A stretch of DNA of 64,000 nucleotides from Eledone cirrhosa (taxonomy: Eukaryota): contig OZ024740.1 in assembly GCA_964016885.1 (NCBI GenBank), positions 66,774,001 to 66,838,000 of the forward strand. Reading direction: 5' to 3'. Position 1 is the first letter of the stretch. The number at the start of each line of letters is the position of its first letter. The position numbers and the translations under genes are program-made. Positions 12,441 to 26,284 of this stretch are shown here, piece after piece. Below the pieces are notes generated by a model that was not told the origin of the DNA, searched no databases, and was given only the letters and a program-made list of their open reading frames with translations.

Positions 12441-14501
12441 TCAGTCCGGAGCCTTATAGTTATGCAATAGATGTTTGGTGACGTGTGGACAACGTGTGAA
12501 ACATTCAACTCTCGTGTTTAGGCAATCAATATTGCCTAATCTCTTTAGAATAGTTATTCGTTCGTCGATACATAAGCTACAAGTCGGATTTCCCCTTGCG
12601 TATGGCTTGGACTTAGTGATGTCTTTCCATTGAATGGAGTAGCCTATACTTGAGTCCTTGAGGGTATCTGAAGGTAGACTGGTGGTTCAGGAAACGCTCC
12701 TTGAATTGGCTCTCCGCCATGCCCACATAGGATTTGAAATCCTGTGGTTGGTTTGGTCGGTTGGAAGTGACCACAGCTTCATAGATTACAGCTGGTGTGT
12801 TGCATTGCTGTTGAAGGGGGCAATCTTCAGGCTTACGGTAAGAGCACCCTGGTGGGGTGTTGCTCCTTGGGCTGCTGGTGATGTGGGCCTTCATGTTCTT
12901 AGCGCAGGAGTATCTTAGTTTAACTTTGTGTCGGTTAAAGATGGAGCGGTATTTATGACCTATGGGGAAGTGTCTATCTAAGAGGGCTAGACATTTTTTT
13001 CCTACATTGGTTTTAAAGTTGAGTGAAAAGGGAGGAGAGAACCAGATAGTTTGTCTATTGATGCGCTTACTTTTCTTAATGGTGTTGTTGCTAGTGGGAG
13101 AGTAGGTAATTGGTTGTGAGAAGCCGCTGTTGGTCACTGCCGTGTTATAGTAGGGTGCCGCCCTGTCAAAGATAGCGTTATTAGAGGAGAGGTTTGAGAT
13201 TATAGTACTGATATTCTTAACGAAGTTTCTAAAAACAGTGGGAGGGTGGCATGAGTCCTTGTGAATGTAATTAAGTTTCTCGTTTAGCTTATGGAAGGGT
13301 CTGTGTGTGGGTGTGCGAAGGTCTAAATTAATGTGTAAGAAATCTACGCAAGAGAGGTTGGTGGCTACTGTTATCCTAAGGCCTAACTCATTGGAGGTAG
13401 AAGCTAAATCTTTTTTAAACCGGTCGAAGTCGTGACCACTTTTGTGGCTCGATAAGGTCAGTCCATCGTCACGGTATATTCCCGTGTGGAAGTCCGGGAA
13501 TCTAACACGTAATATGTTTAAGATAAAAAGGCCAACCAAGTCACATACGTCAGCACTGTCAAACGATCCCATGGAGACGTCGAACAGGTCTGAAGATGTA
13601 GACTTCTTTGCCCAGGCTACTCCGTCATTGAAGAGGAGGGTTTTCCGGCAGTGAGCGATGATTTCACTGTCTAAACCATCGACGGTGGTATAAGTGGTAG
13701 CGATGTCCAACGCTTTGTTTAACAGGGTCTCTGAGATCGACGGGTAAAAATCGACAATGTCAAACTGTGTGAACTTCGCTTTTTTAATTTTAAAGAGTTA
13801 AACCACTTAATTTCGGAGTCGCTGTTCTCCCACTGTGGCAGGTTGGACTTGCTCCTAATGGTCTTAACTATGTTTCTAAGTATGGCCTTACTGACTAGTC
13901 CCACATCTGTGCGTGCCGGGTTTATTAGTCTACATGTGGGGTTAGAAGTAAAGTCTACCTTGTGATCTTTCAGGATGAGGAACGCCTCCCGCTTAGCTAG
14001 AGATTGGAGCTTCTTATCTACCTTAAGGTCGGTGGCCAGTTCCTTGGCTTCTGTATTAATGTCGTGGTAGGCAATAGGGTTAGCTTTCTTATATTTAGAA
14101 GTAATAGCGTTATGTGCCAGGTGGCGGAAAGTGGTGTTGTCGACTTCGTAAATATTATTAGTTTTGTCGGAAAGGACGGTGTTATTAGAATACCTAAATT
14201 TCTTAATATCTTTTCTGAGTTTCGTTTGAAAGGTGATAGTGTGTTTGCGAAAGGTAATGTTAGCGACTAAGTCAAGAAGGTCCGTCTCGAAAGGAGCAAG
14301 TTCGGTTACCTTAGGAGAGTAGGCTCTCGATTTCAGGTTGAAGGTGTTGTTGGTGCCTGTAATTTTGCCATCGAAAGCTAGGGCTCGCCATCTTAAGCGT
14401 CTGACGACATCTTCCGCTTTTTGTAGGAGGAGCTTTTGGTAAACATGGTTGGAGGGAGTTGGAATGTTCTTCAGGGAGTAATTCAGTGTGTATAAATCCA
14501 T
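12441..14501 (-). pseudogene. Penelope RT/GIY-YIG polyprotein, frameshifted near 13750 and 12660
   Basis: MDLYTLNYSLKNIPTPS..RRLRWRA, LKDHK..CRLINPA, FDVSMGSFDSADVCDLVGL, YRDDGL, VIY..YVG..FKERF..H, CSLCIDE..CPH; stop at 12441. Confidence 0.92.
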
Positions 14502-14754
14502 TCTGACGTTGATGAGACGCAAAATTGTGTAGGACATGAGGATATATAGAGCACTCTCAGTGTAGTAAGCCAAACTCGCACGTGGTGAAGAATCTGCTAA
14601 AAGCCAAACTTCTACGTAGTGAGGAGAATCTGCTGACCGCTGCTGGAGACGTAGATAGTGGTGGAACACTGGAAGGTAATATCCGTAGTGGTAGAGCACT
14701 CAGTCCATGGGACGAGTTAGGTAGAATTGGTTACACAACAGTTAGTTCACCATA

Positions 14755-14794
14755 CCGAGAACATTTGTTTCACCTCCGCGGATCTTCAGCTCGG
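14755..14794 (-). ncRNA. Minimal HHR in 5' pLTR
   Basis: CCGAG-CTGAAGA-TCCGCGGAGGT-GAAA-CAAATG-TT-CTCGG. Confidence 0.75.
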
Positions 14795-14964
14795 GATGTG
14801 TATGGTTATCGGAACAGGAAGGACAACCGTACGAACGCGCATCCGCCGAAACTCGGTCACTTCAGACAGGCAATATCGACTGCGTGTGGGAGATGTAAGG
14901 GAGATAACTGCGAAAGTCCGGAAAGTTTTTAGGTTGAAAATAAAATAAAAAAAATTGAAAATAA

Positions 14965-15075
14965 GGTTTTTCGAAAGATTTACTCCTGCGTTCACAGATT
15001 GATTTTATAGTGTCAGAAGATCCAGTTAAGGGTGAGAGCAGCGATTCTTTACTAAAGATTTAATCTGTCATTTTA

Positions 15076-15106
<31 letters not shown>

Positions 15107-15290
15107 AATGAATGAAGTAATTCCGTCGTATGTGACTTGGTGGCCTTTTTATCTTATATATATATTAAAATGACAGATTAAATCTTTACTAAAAAAAAAT
15201 CGCTGAACTCACACTTAACGGTATCTTCTGGCACTAAAAAATCAATCTGTGAACGCAGAAGTAAATATTTCGAAAAACGTTGCAACCGAA
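14965..15290. repeat. Inverted pair of pLTR fragments related to the 54-58 kb Penelope family
   Basis: 14965-15078 is approximately the reverse complement of 15163-15280; both resemble 52258-52385, 54283-54410 and 56715-56768. Confidence 0.8.
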
Positions 15291-15794
15291 GGATATATAT
15301 ATATAAGCAAATGAATGAATGAAGGAGTTACAATCCGTTAAAACAAGTTATTTATATAAATCTTGCACCTATTTCGCCCTCACAGGCTCCTCATAATATT
15401 ATTATTTTTTTTTCGCCTACCATGCAAGGAGACGTTAACCTGAAAGAATGATTCTCAACGGTATTTATATTGATGATATTATATATTTATTGATGATATT
15501 ATATAATCAATTATTTCGTATGGGCAAAACATGTTTAAGAATGATATAAAGATCTTGTTTTACCCGATTGTAACACCTTGAATCATTCATTTGCTTATTC
15601 CTGCTCTGTTGAACAATATACTGAATATTAATATTCAACTCTGCTAATCCAAATATTGAGCACACTGCGCTTCGGCTACTAGCATTTAGTAATCTGTATC
15701 GCACTTCTCTGTATCTCTGTTTCCTCCTCTCCTACGATACTTATACCCTATTATTATCATTATCTATCTATCTATATATATATATATATAAGGA

Positions 15795-16770
15795 AGAAAT
15801 AGATTTTTTCGCTTCAAGCATAGCTTTATACAATATGTATAACTATTTCGTATCTTCAAAGAAATACGGTTTTAGGAAGCCGTAGTTATGCAAACGCCGG
15901 GGGGCTGACGCCCTCTGGTGATGTCCAGATGAAGCAAGGGCGACAACCATCTATGCATTTAAAGCTTAACTGGCCTTTTTGTCAGGCCGGTCCCTCCCAC
16001 CGCTTGCGACTGCTGGACTAGAAGACAGGCGAGAATATATACTTTTCTCGTCTGTGTAAATGAGGTGATTAATCTCATTTGCATATGAAGCTGCATAAGT
16101 TGGCCCAACTTATAATAAAAAAGAAATAGGATTTCGCTTCAAGCATAGCTTTATACAATATGTATAAACATTTCGTATCTCCAAAGAAATACGGTTTTAA
16201 ATGAGGTTAATCACCTCATTTACACAGACGAGAAAAGTATATATTCTCAGCTGTTTTTAGTCCAGCAGACGCAAGCGGTGGGAGGGACCGTCCTGACGAA
16301 GGCCAGTTAAGCCTGAAATGCATAGACGGTGGTCGCCCTTGCTTCTGCTGGACATCACCAGAGGGCGTTAGCCCCCCGGTGTTTGCATAGCTACGGCTTC
16401 CTAAAACCGTATTTCTTAGGAGATACGAAATAATTATACATATTGTATAAAGCTATGCTTGAAGCGAAATCCTATTTCTTTTTTATTATAAGTTGAACCA
16501 ACTTATGCAGCTTCATATTCAAATGAGATTAATCACCTGATTTACCCAGACGAGAAAAGTATATATACTCGCCTGTCTTCTAGTCCAGCAGTCGCAAGCG
16601 GTGGGAGGGACCATCCTGACAAAGGCCAGTTACGCCTCAAAAATGATGCATAGAGGGTTGTCGCCCTTGCTTCTGCTGGACATCACTAGAGGGCGTTAGC
16701 CCCCCCCCCCCCCAGTGTTTGCATAGCTACGGCTTCCTAAAACCGTATTTCTTTGGAGGTACGAAATATT
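15795..16770 (+). mobile_element. Retrozyme-like tandem repeat R323: ~1.2 units minus (15795-16200) joined to ~1.75 units plus (16200-16770)
   Basis: CCAGCAG(A/T)CGCAAGCGGTGGGAGGGA at 16262 and 16585 gives a period of 323; one HHR per unit; no ORF; (TA)n on both sides. Confidence 0.85.
16288..16329 (+). ncRNA. Intact minimal type-I hammerhead ribozyme
   Basis: CCGTC-CTGACGA-AGGC-CAGTTAA-GCCT-GAAA-TGCA-TA-GACGG, all stems perfect; decayed siblings near 16611 (+) and 15946-15990 (-). Confidence 0.9.
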
Positions 16771-16795
16771 TATATATATATATATATATATATAC

Positions 16796-17497
16796 GAAAA
16801 GAGTCAGTAAGGACCCCAACGGCTGTCTCCGGCCGTCGAGGTCCTGACTCTTTTCCTATTACCCCCCCTACTACTCTATGTATAGTGTACTCTGGTGCGT
16901 TATCGTCCACCTGGATTCTTACGACACTTCCTTCATTATATATATATATATATATATATACGCATATATATACGCACAAATATACATATACACACACGCA
17001 AACACCCACACACACACACATTATATATATATATATATATTGCTCACATTTCAACCAGGTTTGATGGTCTTTGTTCTCTCGTTCACGATTCCACCGAATT
17101 TATATTCATAGAAATCTGGGACTTGTTTCTTCTTCATCACTTTCTGTTGCTTAAACCATTTTGTTTGTTTACCCTAGCGTCCCCCTTATTTACGTGTCCC
17201 AACGACTTTTTTTAGCCGTTGCTCGCACCAACCTGAGGTATATGGCCTTTAAGGCGACGAAATGCCTACGACGGTTGGAAGGCCACTGATGAGGACAAAG
17301 TTTTTCATATATATATATATATATAACGAAGGAGGTGTGGTGAGGAACTAGATGGACCATAACGCACCATAGTAATTAATACTTAGGGTAGTAGATTGGG
17401 TAATAGGAAAATGTTCAAGACCCCGACGGCAAAGTTCAACCGTTTCGACGAGCCGTGGAAACGGCTTGAGCTCTGCCGTCGTGGTCTTGAACATTTT

Positions 17498-17501
<4 letters not shown>
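16796..17501. repeat. Two diverged inverted repeat fragments (16796-16940 and 17323-17501), each ending in a fold-back hairpin
   Basis: Hairpins at 16796-16856 and 17404-17501; TGGTGCGTTATCGTCCA versus TGGACCATAACGCACCA. Confidence 0.7.
17041..17310 (+). repeat. Dispersed ~270-bp repeat, inverted copy at 33665-33937
   Basis: Near-identical reverse complement; contains partial HHR-like words (CTGATGAGGAC, CGAAA). Confidence 0.85.
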
Positions 17502-17533
<32 letters not shown>

Positions 17534-20016
17534 CCAAAATAAAAATAACGAAATATATTTAACAAAGCTTTGGTAAATTATTATTTTGTTCAAATGTAAT
17601 AGCGACCCTTGACTTGAGATATAAACACTTATGTACAGATCAACGTACATAAATGAAGAATGACTTCAAATACAAATAGCTAAATGATTGACGAGTTTTA
17701 CTCGCGTATAGGTGATTGTACTTGTGTGTATCTGAGTTATATTGAATCGCGTTAATATATGCACTGGAGGTTATACGCTGAATAGAAAAGCACTTAGTAG
17801 TAAATGTCAATCTATTGAATGTATTTGGAATTCATTATCCAAAAACAGATATGGATAGATTATTTACAATGATGTTTGGAATAAGTTAATAGACAGAAAA
17901 GGAAAGCTTTTTCCTCACATAATAAAAACACAAAATCAGGCATCTATAAAAATACTTGGAAATAACGAAACATATGAATCATCATAAGGCAACACGAAAA
18001 CATTATTGAAAGATGATTGTGGAAGAATGGTACATTAGAAACGAGCTTTAACTGACGACTAATTTACAAGTAATCATTTATTTGAGAAAGTTCAACACGA
18101 AAAAATGAATTTTTGCTGCAGTGAAATAATAGAAAAACAGACAATGTCTCAAAATGTTTCTTTTTGTAGTTCTCAGTGGTTACAATGAATAAGTCTCCAC
18201 TGAGAAGTACAAAACTGAACTTGAGTCAACGGTGTAGCATGTCCTTTTGTCATCACTCGATTATAACCCCAATCAATTTTCCCTCAGCATCCAGGGTGTC
18301 ATATCTGAAAAGGAAGTACAAAATGAGTAATGTATACTTAAACACACAATGCTATTTGAAAAACGGATGGTCACTGCAATGACATATATATTCAGTAAAG
18401 ATGTAAAATCAAACGTACTAATCAAAGGCAATTAGAATTTCCAGTGAATACATAAAGAGATTCAATTCATAGCCGAACAACACTTAACCAAAGGCTGAAG
18501 AATTTTCAAAAATCATCACTCGTTAAAAATAATAGAAAGAGATGCAGTAGTATATGTTGACGAAAACGTCTTTCGATAAAATGCACACTTACACAACGTA
18601 ATCAATCCTATGAACATTAATCTAAAAAGAATGAATTCCATAATACAGCAAATTAATACTGAATAACATGAATAACAAAGAAATTAATAGAGTTAACAAA
18701 ATGTCCCCATACTGTAATAACATCTTTACATAAATCAAGATAAAATACATAATAACCGTTAGTATTAAGAATGAAATCAAATAATTTTCTTTGTTACGAA
18801 TATTAAATAATAATTATTATTGTCATCATTCTCAACATCATCCTCAGCATTATTGTTATGGAAATACGTCAATTGCTGAAATAAAATAAAATGTTGTCTG
18901 CTTTCAAAGTATAAACCATTGATATCATAAAACTTCGAGGTATGCTGATATTCTTTTGTCCCTATAAATAAAGATTGAAATAAATTATTCATATAATGAG
19001 AAAATTCTTACAAATATGATTCACAAAAGCATACCAAAATATGTTGAGTGATTTAACACGATACACTTAATAAATCACGGAATAGATGTTTCTTTTTATT
19101 TATATATTTCCGATTTTTATGCATTTCCAAATTTAACAGTAAGTCAATAATGTTACAAAAGTCTATGCAAGACAGCTATGTACGTCTACATCATCGACGC
19201 CAATAGGGTGAAAATCAAATTGCGATCTCTATTATATTTATACTCTGGTGGTAATGCACAGTAACTAAGCAGCATCAACTATTTTATATGGTACCCTACT
19301 GATACTGATCTCCACCATATTTATATCTATAAAATATCCAGTACAAAATAATAGCGCAACGAACTAGTACACAGTAACATCTATTTATTTGGAGTAAACA
19401 TACTTGATTTTGACGTTCATTATACACTTAGATAGATGAAAAAAAATTTCGAGAATACAATGTAAAATGAAACACTAAATACATAGATCGAAGTTGAAGT
19501 AAAGTGTGGATATAAATATCGAACCTTGGGACATAAAATGTGTAATCATTGAACTATCTGAAAAGTTTAAATAAGAATTCACGCAAATAAAAGAACAATG
19601 TTTTCAAGAATAAAATAGTGTTCCAGAAATATTAATCTAGAATTGAAATGTGTACGCAATAACATAACGATACACAAACAAGTAAAATAAAAACTATGAA
19701 AAGAAAGAAATTAATTAACAATGTTAACAACAGTAATAAAAGTACACAATAACACTATCATAATTTTGTTTTGTTATTGAAATATACTGACAAGGAAGCC
19801 ATTATATTGCAATGATATCCGTAGTCATCAATAAGTTGTCTCAATGAAATATACGATGCAACAAAGACAGCAAATAGAAGATTCAGAAGTACCCATACAT
19901 TTACATTATATACGTTTTTGTTGAATATATATATATAGACAGAGAGAAAGAGAGTGTCTGTGTGTCTATATGAGTGTGAGAGAAAGAGAGAGAGACAAAG
20001 AGAGTGTATGTGTGTT

Positions 20017-20076
<60 letters not shown>

Positions 20077-21696
20077 TGTGTGTATATGAGTGAGAGGGAG
20101 AGAGAGAGAGAGAGAGAGAGAAAAACAAACACATCACGTATTATTACATTTTATTCCTGTGTGTATTCCATCTGACTCGAATAGATCTTTGATTAATGTC
20201 TAAGTATTGGGATTGCTCATCTCCACCAGGTTCGAATTTCAATTAACCTCGGACGATAAACTATCATACCTACCACAGCAGATATACGAAATGTCATTCA
20301 CATCTTTACAATCGCTTCATCTACAACAAATTTTATGATAATCTTCGGCAAGTCACACACTTATGTATTATAAAATGAAACGCCACGTTGAATAAATTAT
20401 ACTTCGAAATTAAATGTGATGGGTGAGGGTTGAAATGCTGTTGATTATCGGTCACGAATGTTATATTAGAACAAGGCACACAATATTGATGATGTGGAGG
20501 GAAGGTATTCTCTAATCAAAGATATATTCTGAATGATTGCAATAAATTGGACTCAGATAAATGGCTCCTAGTGTCAGGTGATGATGTTACACCCGGTGAT
20601 GGAATGGAAATCCACAATGGATCATTTAACGAGTAACCTGGGCCACCAAAAGCCATTTTCAAAGCTCGGAATAATAAGAATGTGTGTCACTCTGAAAAGT
20701 GATATGGATTTCCGTTAACAAAATGTCATCGATCCGTAATGAAGTAGAACGCAATTAAATAATACACTCAAATGCTGAGTCTGTAAAGAAACAATTTAAT
20801 GTAATAACGATGTCTATTATATCTTAGTTAAAATTAATTTGATAAACAGGTGTAACATTGCATAATAGCTTTATATGTTGACCAATTGGCTGGAAATAAC
20901 TAGTTGTGGAAGGTAACATATTCGATAACTGAAGGCTTGATATCTAACATACTTTTATGTGGATGCTTAAATTAAATGCGAGTGCCCCATTAATTCATGT
21001 TTTTGTTGCTAGTATTGACGTTGTTGTATTAATAACAGTTGCTGCTATTTTTCTCGTAGATGTTTAATCCTAGGTCAGCCATATATAACCCACATTTTTC
21101 CTTATATTCAGAGAAACAAGCAGACATACGATGTATTATTTTCTAATATTTGTAGAACATTTAGCTGCTATATTTTGTATTCGTTCGTGCTGGCTGGTGT
21201 TTATTATCAACACCGTCAGATACATATAATGACAAAAGGCCTTCCATCTATGGTGTCCTCTTCTCTTTTTCGGATATTTTATATCTGCGCCCATCCTTTT
21301 ACGAAAGAATTGACATTGGCTGCCATTTCTAGTGAAAAATGTGACCACCTAGAAGCTTCCCTGTTGGTTCATGAATGGAATTGTGGAATTGTATAAGTTA
21401 AAAGAGACATATCAAGGGTGTTGACGAGAAATATTTATTAAATCTAGAAACTAAGCCAAAAAAAAAATCTATTTTCTCTATAAAATATCACCTGAAATTA
21501 ACTAAGTAATGCAACTAGATTTCTAGATTGACAAAATTGATAAAACGAAAAGCTAATGAGGAAAAAATCGCAAGAAGCTGATGAAAAAATGTAATATATA
21601 AAAAGATTTATATAGAGAGATTGTGAAGTGACGAGCTACATTACGAATGCTTGTAAAACTCTATTTACCATCAAAATAATCAGTACACACGCACAA

Positions 21697-21731
<35 letters not shown>

Positions 21732-21732
21732 G

Positions 21733-21783
<51 letters not shown>

Positions 21784-21923
21784 ATAAATTAACAGAGCCA
21801 TAGACTCGCATTATTCCTCGTTATTCCCTGTCAGTAATGTGCTCAAAGGAAAAGGAATCCTTAGCTCTTTAAAATAAAATATGTTGAAAACGTAACACAC
21901 TGTGTTACCTTTACAACATATTG

Positions 21924-22006
<83 letters not shown>

Positions 22007-22111
22007 TATTGAAATTTCCGTTGAAAACAGAAAAAGGTCATAGCAGTGAAGAGTGCTCTATGTAAGTACCAGAGCAAAATTTAATGTATAAAAATCAATA
22101 CAATATAATTA

Positions 22112-22181
22112 CCTCATTACCAGAGGTTTCCCGCATGAGGCGAATACGAAAGAAACGTCTTCATTCGTTCGTCAGACGAGG
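22112..22181 (-). ncRNA. HHR-like motif with extended stem II
   Basis: CCTCGT-CTGACGA-(38 nt)-GAAA-CCTCTGG-TA-ATGAGG; stem II imperfect. Confidence 0.55.
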
Positions 22182-23767
22182 CAATATAAAACATGGCTAA
22201 ATACTTGGAAAGTGTCATCAAGAAAAGCAAAAAAAATTACATAAATATAGACAAATGAATTACAATAGCCATATGAAATATATAAACATCTTTCGAGAAA
22301 TATAGTTAGGTGTGTGTATATGTATGTATATACGCTCACAGATGTAGATATATGTGTATGTACAATTGTATACGTATAGTGAAAAAGTGTGCGTAAATAT
22401 ATATGTGAGGGCAAATGTATCTGTGTATCTGTAAACTAGACAGACATGATGTGGTGTTCTGTTTGGCAGGTACACAGAAACAATAGGGTAATAGATACAT
22501 TATAAGAATATGAAGGCACGCGTATAAACACACCCACACGCACGTACACTTATATGCGGAAGTAAAAGAGGTAAGGGAGTGTAATAATTAAAAGAAAGTA
22601 TCATTATCGATATATTTATAAAAATGGAACAATAATTTAGAAAGAAAAAATTAAAGAAAAGAAGACAAAAAAGGTACACGCATACACACACACACGTATA
22701 TCTATAAGAAACGTATATCTATAAGAAATATATATATATATATACACGCAAAAAACGTACAGACAAAAGCGTATGCAAGCACATCTACACACACAGGATA
22801 CACATATATACGCATATACGCCTCGCCCCATGTATATCTAATCACGCGCACGCACGCGACTGTATACACACTCGCACACATACACAAACACAAAACACAA
22901 AAATATACATGCTTATATACACACGCACACTTACACATTCATACATTCGATACGTACACCCCCCCCCCACCCCCCGCACGCACACACACACACATACTTA
23001 CACTCACGCATATTGACCTGTTTGCATGCACACGCATAAAAATGAGGATGTAAAAAAAGAAGAAGAACAAAACAAAACAAAAAAACATAGATGTAAAAAC
23101 ACGGATATAAAGACACATATACATACACTTTTATATATATATATATATATTATTAAGTGTAATGAATTCTTTTACAATGGAATTAGCTCGAAGAAGGAAA
23201 TATTTCTGAGCCGTGTATAAACTAATATATATGATGAAACACAGATACCAACACATCTGTATTTTATTGCAAAAGAAAATTTAGCCAGAATGAAGTATAC
23301 TAATTATTATACTACAGCTTGTCCATATCGATTTAAAATAATAAATCAACAAAGACGAACTGCATTCCCAAATGGCTATGATGTTTAGACACATTTAAAT
23401 TTCAAAATCAAACCTGTTCCGTAGATAAGTTTAAACTTTAAAATCCAAATATGTTTCGAGATGAATAAGTGTAGGAATATCATGTCCTGCTCTCCTCAGT
23501 AAACATCCAGGGACAAATTGATATGCTTCACTTCTAAATAATTCAAAAGACTGTAACGCACATGGTTTACAGTTTCTAGCCAGTCTCATAACCGTACTGC
23601 TAGAAATAACAGTCGTATATATGAGGCAACGTTCAGCTCAGCCTAGGAGCAGTTATATTATTAAGTGTAATATATATATATATATACACGCATGCGCGCG
23701 CACATGCGGAGGCGCTCGTGTACATATATAGAAAGTATACACAGATTAAGGCGTTCGGACACATAGA

Positions 23768-23850
23768 TACAGAGTTTCCCAAAAGATGTATAACATTTTG
23801 AATACCTTAGAATGATGAAGTATGTATACATTTTTTGGAAGATACTGTAT
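23768..23850. mobile_element. Tc1/mariner-like micro-MITE
   Basis: TA-CAGAGTTTCCCAAAAGATGTATA ... TATACATTTTTTGGAAGATACTG-TA; related end at 38560-38594. Confidence 0.5.
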
Positions 23851-25149
23851 TAGAAATATTTGGGGTTCGACTGCTGAGCTCCTGCTGTTTCAGCCAATTC
23901 CAGACAGTTGACAAAACTACCTGCAGATAAGCTGTCGATAGAAGGATATTGACAATGTATGTTATTAAAACATTTTAGAATAAACTCTGTGTGAGGATCT
24001 ATGCTTCATAATTTATGTGAGGAGGGCTGTAAAAAGCTATGATATCATAGTTACAGAATTTTCAAAGGAAAATGGAATGTATTTTCGCAGTATCATTTCG
24101 ATTTATTAGAGTGTACGTTTATATCTGTGTGCGTGGCGTTGACCATTCCTACGGTTAAGTGTGGGGGGGGGGGGGTCAGAGAATTTAGCCAGCTTAATCA
24201 CAGACACTAAACCAGCACTGACACCATAAAAAATTCGCTTACACTCCCCGACCCAAACCCATCATGCATGTACATATTTTATGTCTGTCAATTTTGTTTA
24301 GTTTTCTCAAATGATCACTGACCGGCTTGTTGATATTACGATACTTTTTGTTTGGAGTGTGTTTCTTTTTACAGTTATGGACTTTATATTTTTTGCACTT
24401 GGTGACTCGTGGTGCTCAAACTTATTTTTGCGTTATTCTACGGGCGTAGTGTATATTTTTATATGTTTATTAATTTTGAAAATTCTTGAGCAATGGTATG
24501 CGCACGCGTGTGCATCGAAATTTTAAGTGTGCGTATATATGCATGTGGCATTTATTATGCTTGTATGTGGGTTCGTCCGTGTCCGCAAGTGTTAATGTGC
24601 GGGTGGGCGTGTAAGAAATTGCGAGGTAGCGTTGATTTATGTATTTATTTGTTATGCAAATTAGTAAGCCTGAGGGTACTATGGATGCTAGTTCTTGCGT
24701 TCTGTGTGATCCACGTACGATTAGTTATTGTTACTTTTGAAATGGAGGGCCTAGATGAGTGTTGTCATTTTTGTGCACCACTGGGATTAGTGATGTGGTG
24801 CCTGTATAGGTATAGGTTTGTAACTGCAGTTTGTGTTTGATTTGTACATACGAGGCTGCGAGTGTGCAGGCAAATATGCATATAATTATAAAGTGTCGTG
24901 AAATTATATGAGTGTATGTGTGTGAGTGCATGGTACCCTATGCACTGGTGCGTGTGCATGCGCTTGTGTTGGGTGTCTATCCGGGTACTGGCTGCGGATG
25001 TGATACTGTGGAATATGTTAATGGGTTTCAGGTAGACTCGTGCTTGTGTGTGCATATGTACGGTGTGTAGTAGTTGCGTATGTGCAGGTTTCGAGTCATG
25101 ATAATGTATGCCTATGTACTGTGGGATGTATATATCGGTGTGGGTGTGC

Positions 25150-26110
25150 GCAATAAATTTTGGGAAATAATCTTGCGAAGCTCTTAGATTGGGGTAGGTC
25201 TTGAATGACCGATGTTTTAACGAAGCCCCAAGTTCGTCGTTTTTGTTTAGTAGTTGTTTCTTGGCGAACAAATTTGGATCGTTTCTTCGGAGGATACATT
25301 TCACGGGCAGCCATCCCCGTATAATATTTGGCCATGGGCTAGGTACTCTATTTCAGGATGTATATGGTGTTATTGTCGCGGAGCTCCTATATGTGGCTAG
25401 ATAGTGTTGAAGCATTTACCTGCACCAGTTTCGAAAACTGTTTTTGTTGGTAGAAACTTGTCTTAAATTCGCAGGCATTAATCCGATGTAGTCTCTGTTG
25501 GTGTGTTGCATTGTGAGGATACACTTGTTTATCAAGTTCTGGTGCCGGAATTTCGCTTTAAGAAGACAGTTGTTTTGGACCTTGCAATTACATGGCCTGG
25601 TTTCGTCAACGCTGTTTTTGTGAGGAGTTTTAAACGAGGTAATATTGTGTGTGCGGTGGCACTACCAACTATATCCATGGTTGAGGCTGGGGTAGTTGGT
25701 TAGACCTTCTTTGAATCCGCTTTACTATTAAGCTGCAATCACCACCCCTATCAGGAAACTTTCCTTCAATGTCCCACCACATCATCTTTAACAGAAACAA
25801 ATTCAAACTGTCTTTCAACACACCCCTCCCCTCAACTTCGGAAATATAATTGCTTCCTCCAACACTGCTAAATTCAACTCAGTAAGATCTCGCTCAGAAC
25901 TCAACTTTGACAAACCATGGCCATATAATTGCACGGACCAAAACAACTGTCCACTAAAAACCAAATGTCGGCAACGGAGCATGGTGCAATTCGTGTTCTG
26001 AAGAAAACAACCCAAGTCTGTTTGCCAAGGAACAGATACTAAACAAGTAAGATGAACTTTGACTTGTTGCAAACACCGGACTTAAAATAGCTACATCCAC
26101 CTAAGAGCTT
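25150..26110. mobile_element. Old Penelope remnants in opposite orientations (minus ~25150-25700, plus ~25730-26110)
   Basis: Minus strand DYIGL..., LLNKNDEL..KHR; plus strand IFNRNKFKLS, NIIASSN, YNCTDQNNCPLKTKC. Confidence 0.7.
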
Positions 26111-26284
26111 CACACGATCAAGGGGAGGGAACTGTAAGAATATTTCCTAATATTTATTTAAACTGGTTAAATCCTGATATATATATATATATATATATAT
26201 ATGATTTTATAAGGATGTTACATAATGTTATATATTTATATACATGTTACAAGAATACACGTTTAGTATGAAGGTAAATTAGAA

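Larger units (their letters stand above)
12187..14962 (-). mobile_element. Near-complete Penelope-like (Naiad-like) retroelement with direct pseudo-LTRs
   Basis: Direct repeats at 12187-12430 and 14724-14962, each with an HHR; internal RT + GIY-YIG coding region. Confidence 0.95.

Noticed and set aside
15795-16770. CRISPR array or prokaryotic system
   Set aside because: Repeats are 300-660 bp units without unique spacers; no cas-like ORFs; the context is eukaryotic
17229-17300. Type II/III hammerhead or other ribozyme around CTGATGAGGAC
   Set aside because: Could not pair stems II and III consistently by eye
18250-18320. Possible minus-strand host exon after a polypyrimidine-CAG acceptor
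   Set aside because: All frames stop quickly; no recognisable protein or partner exons
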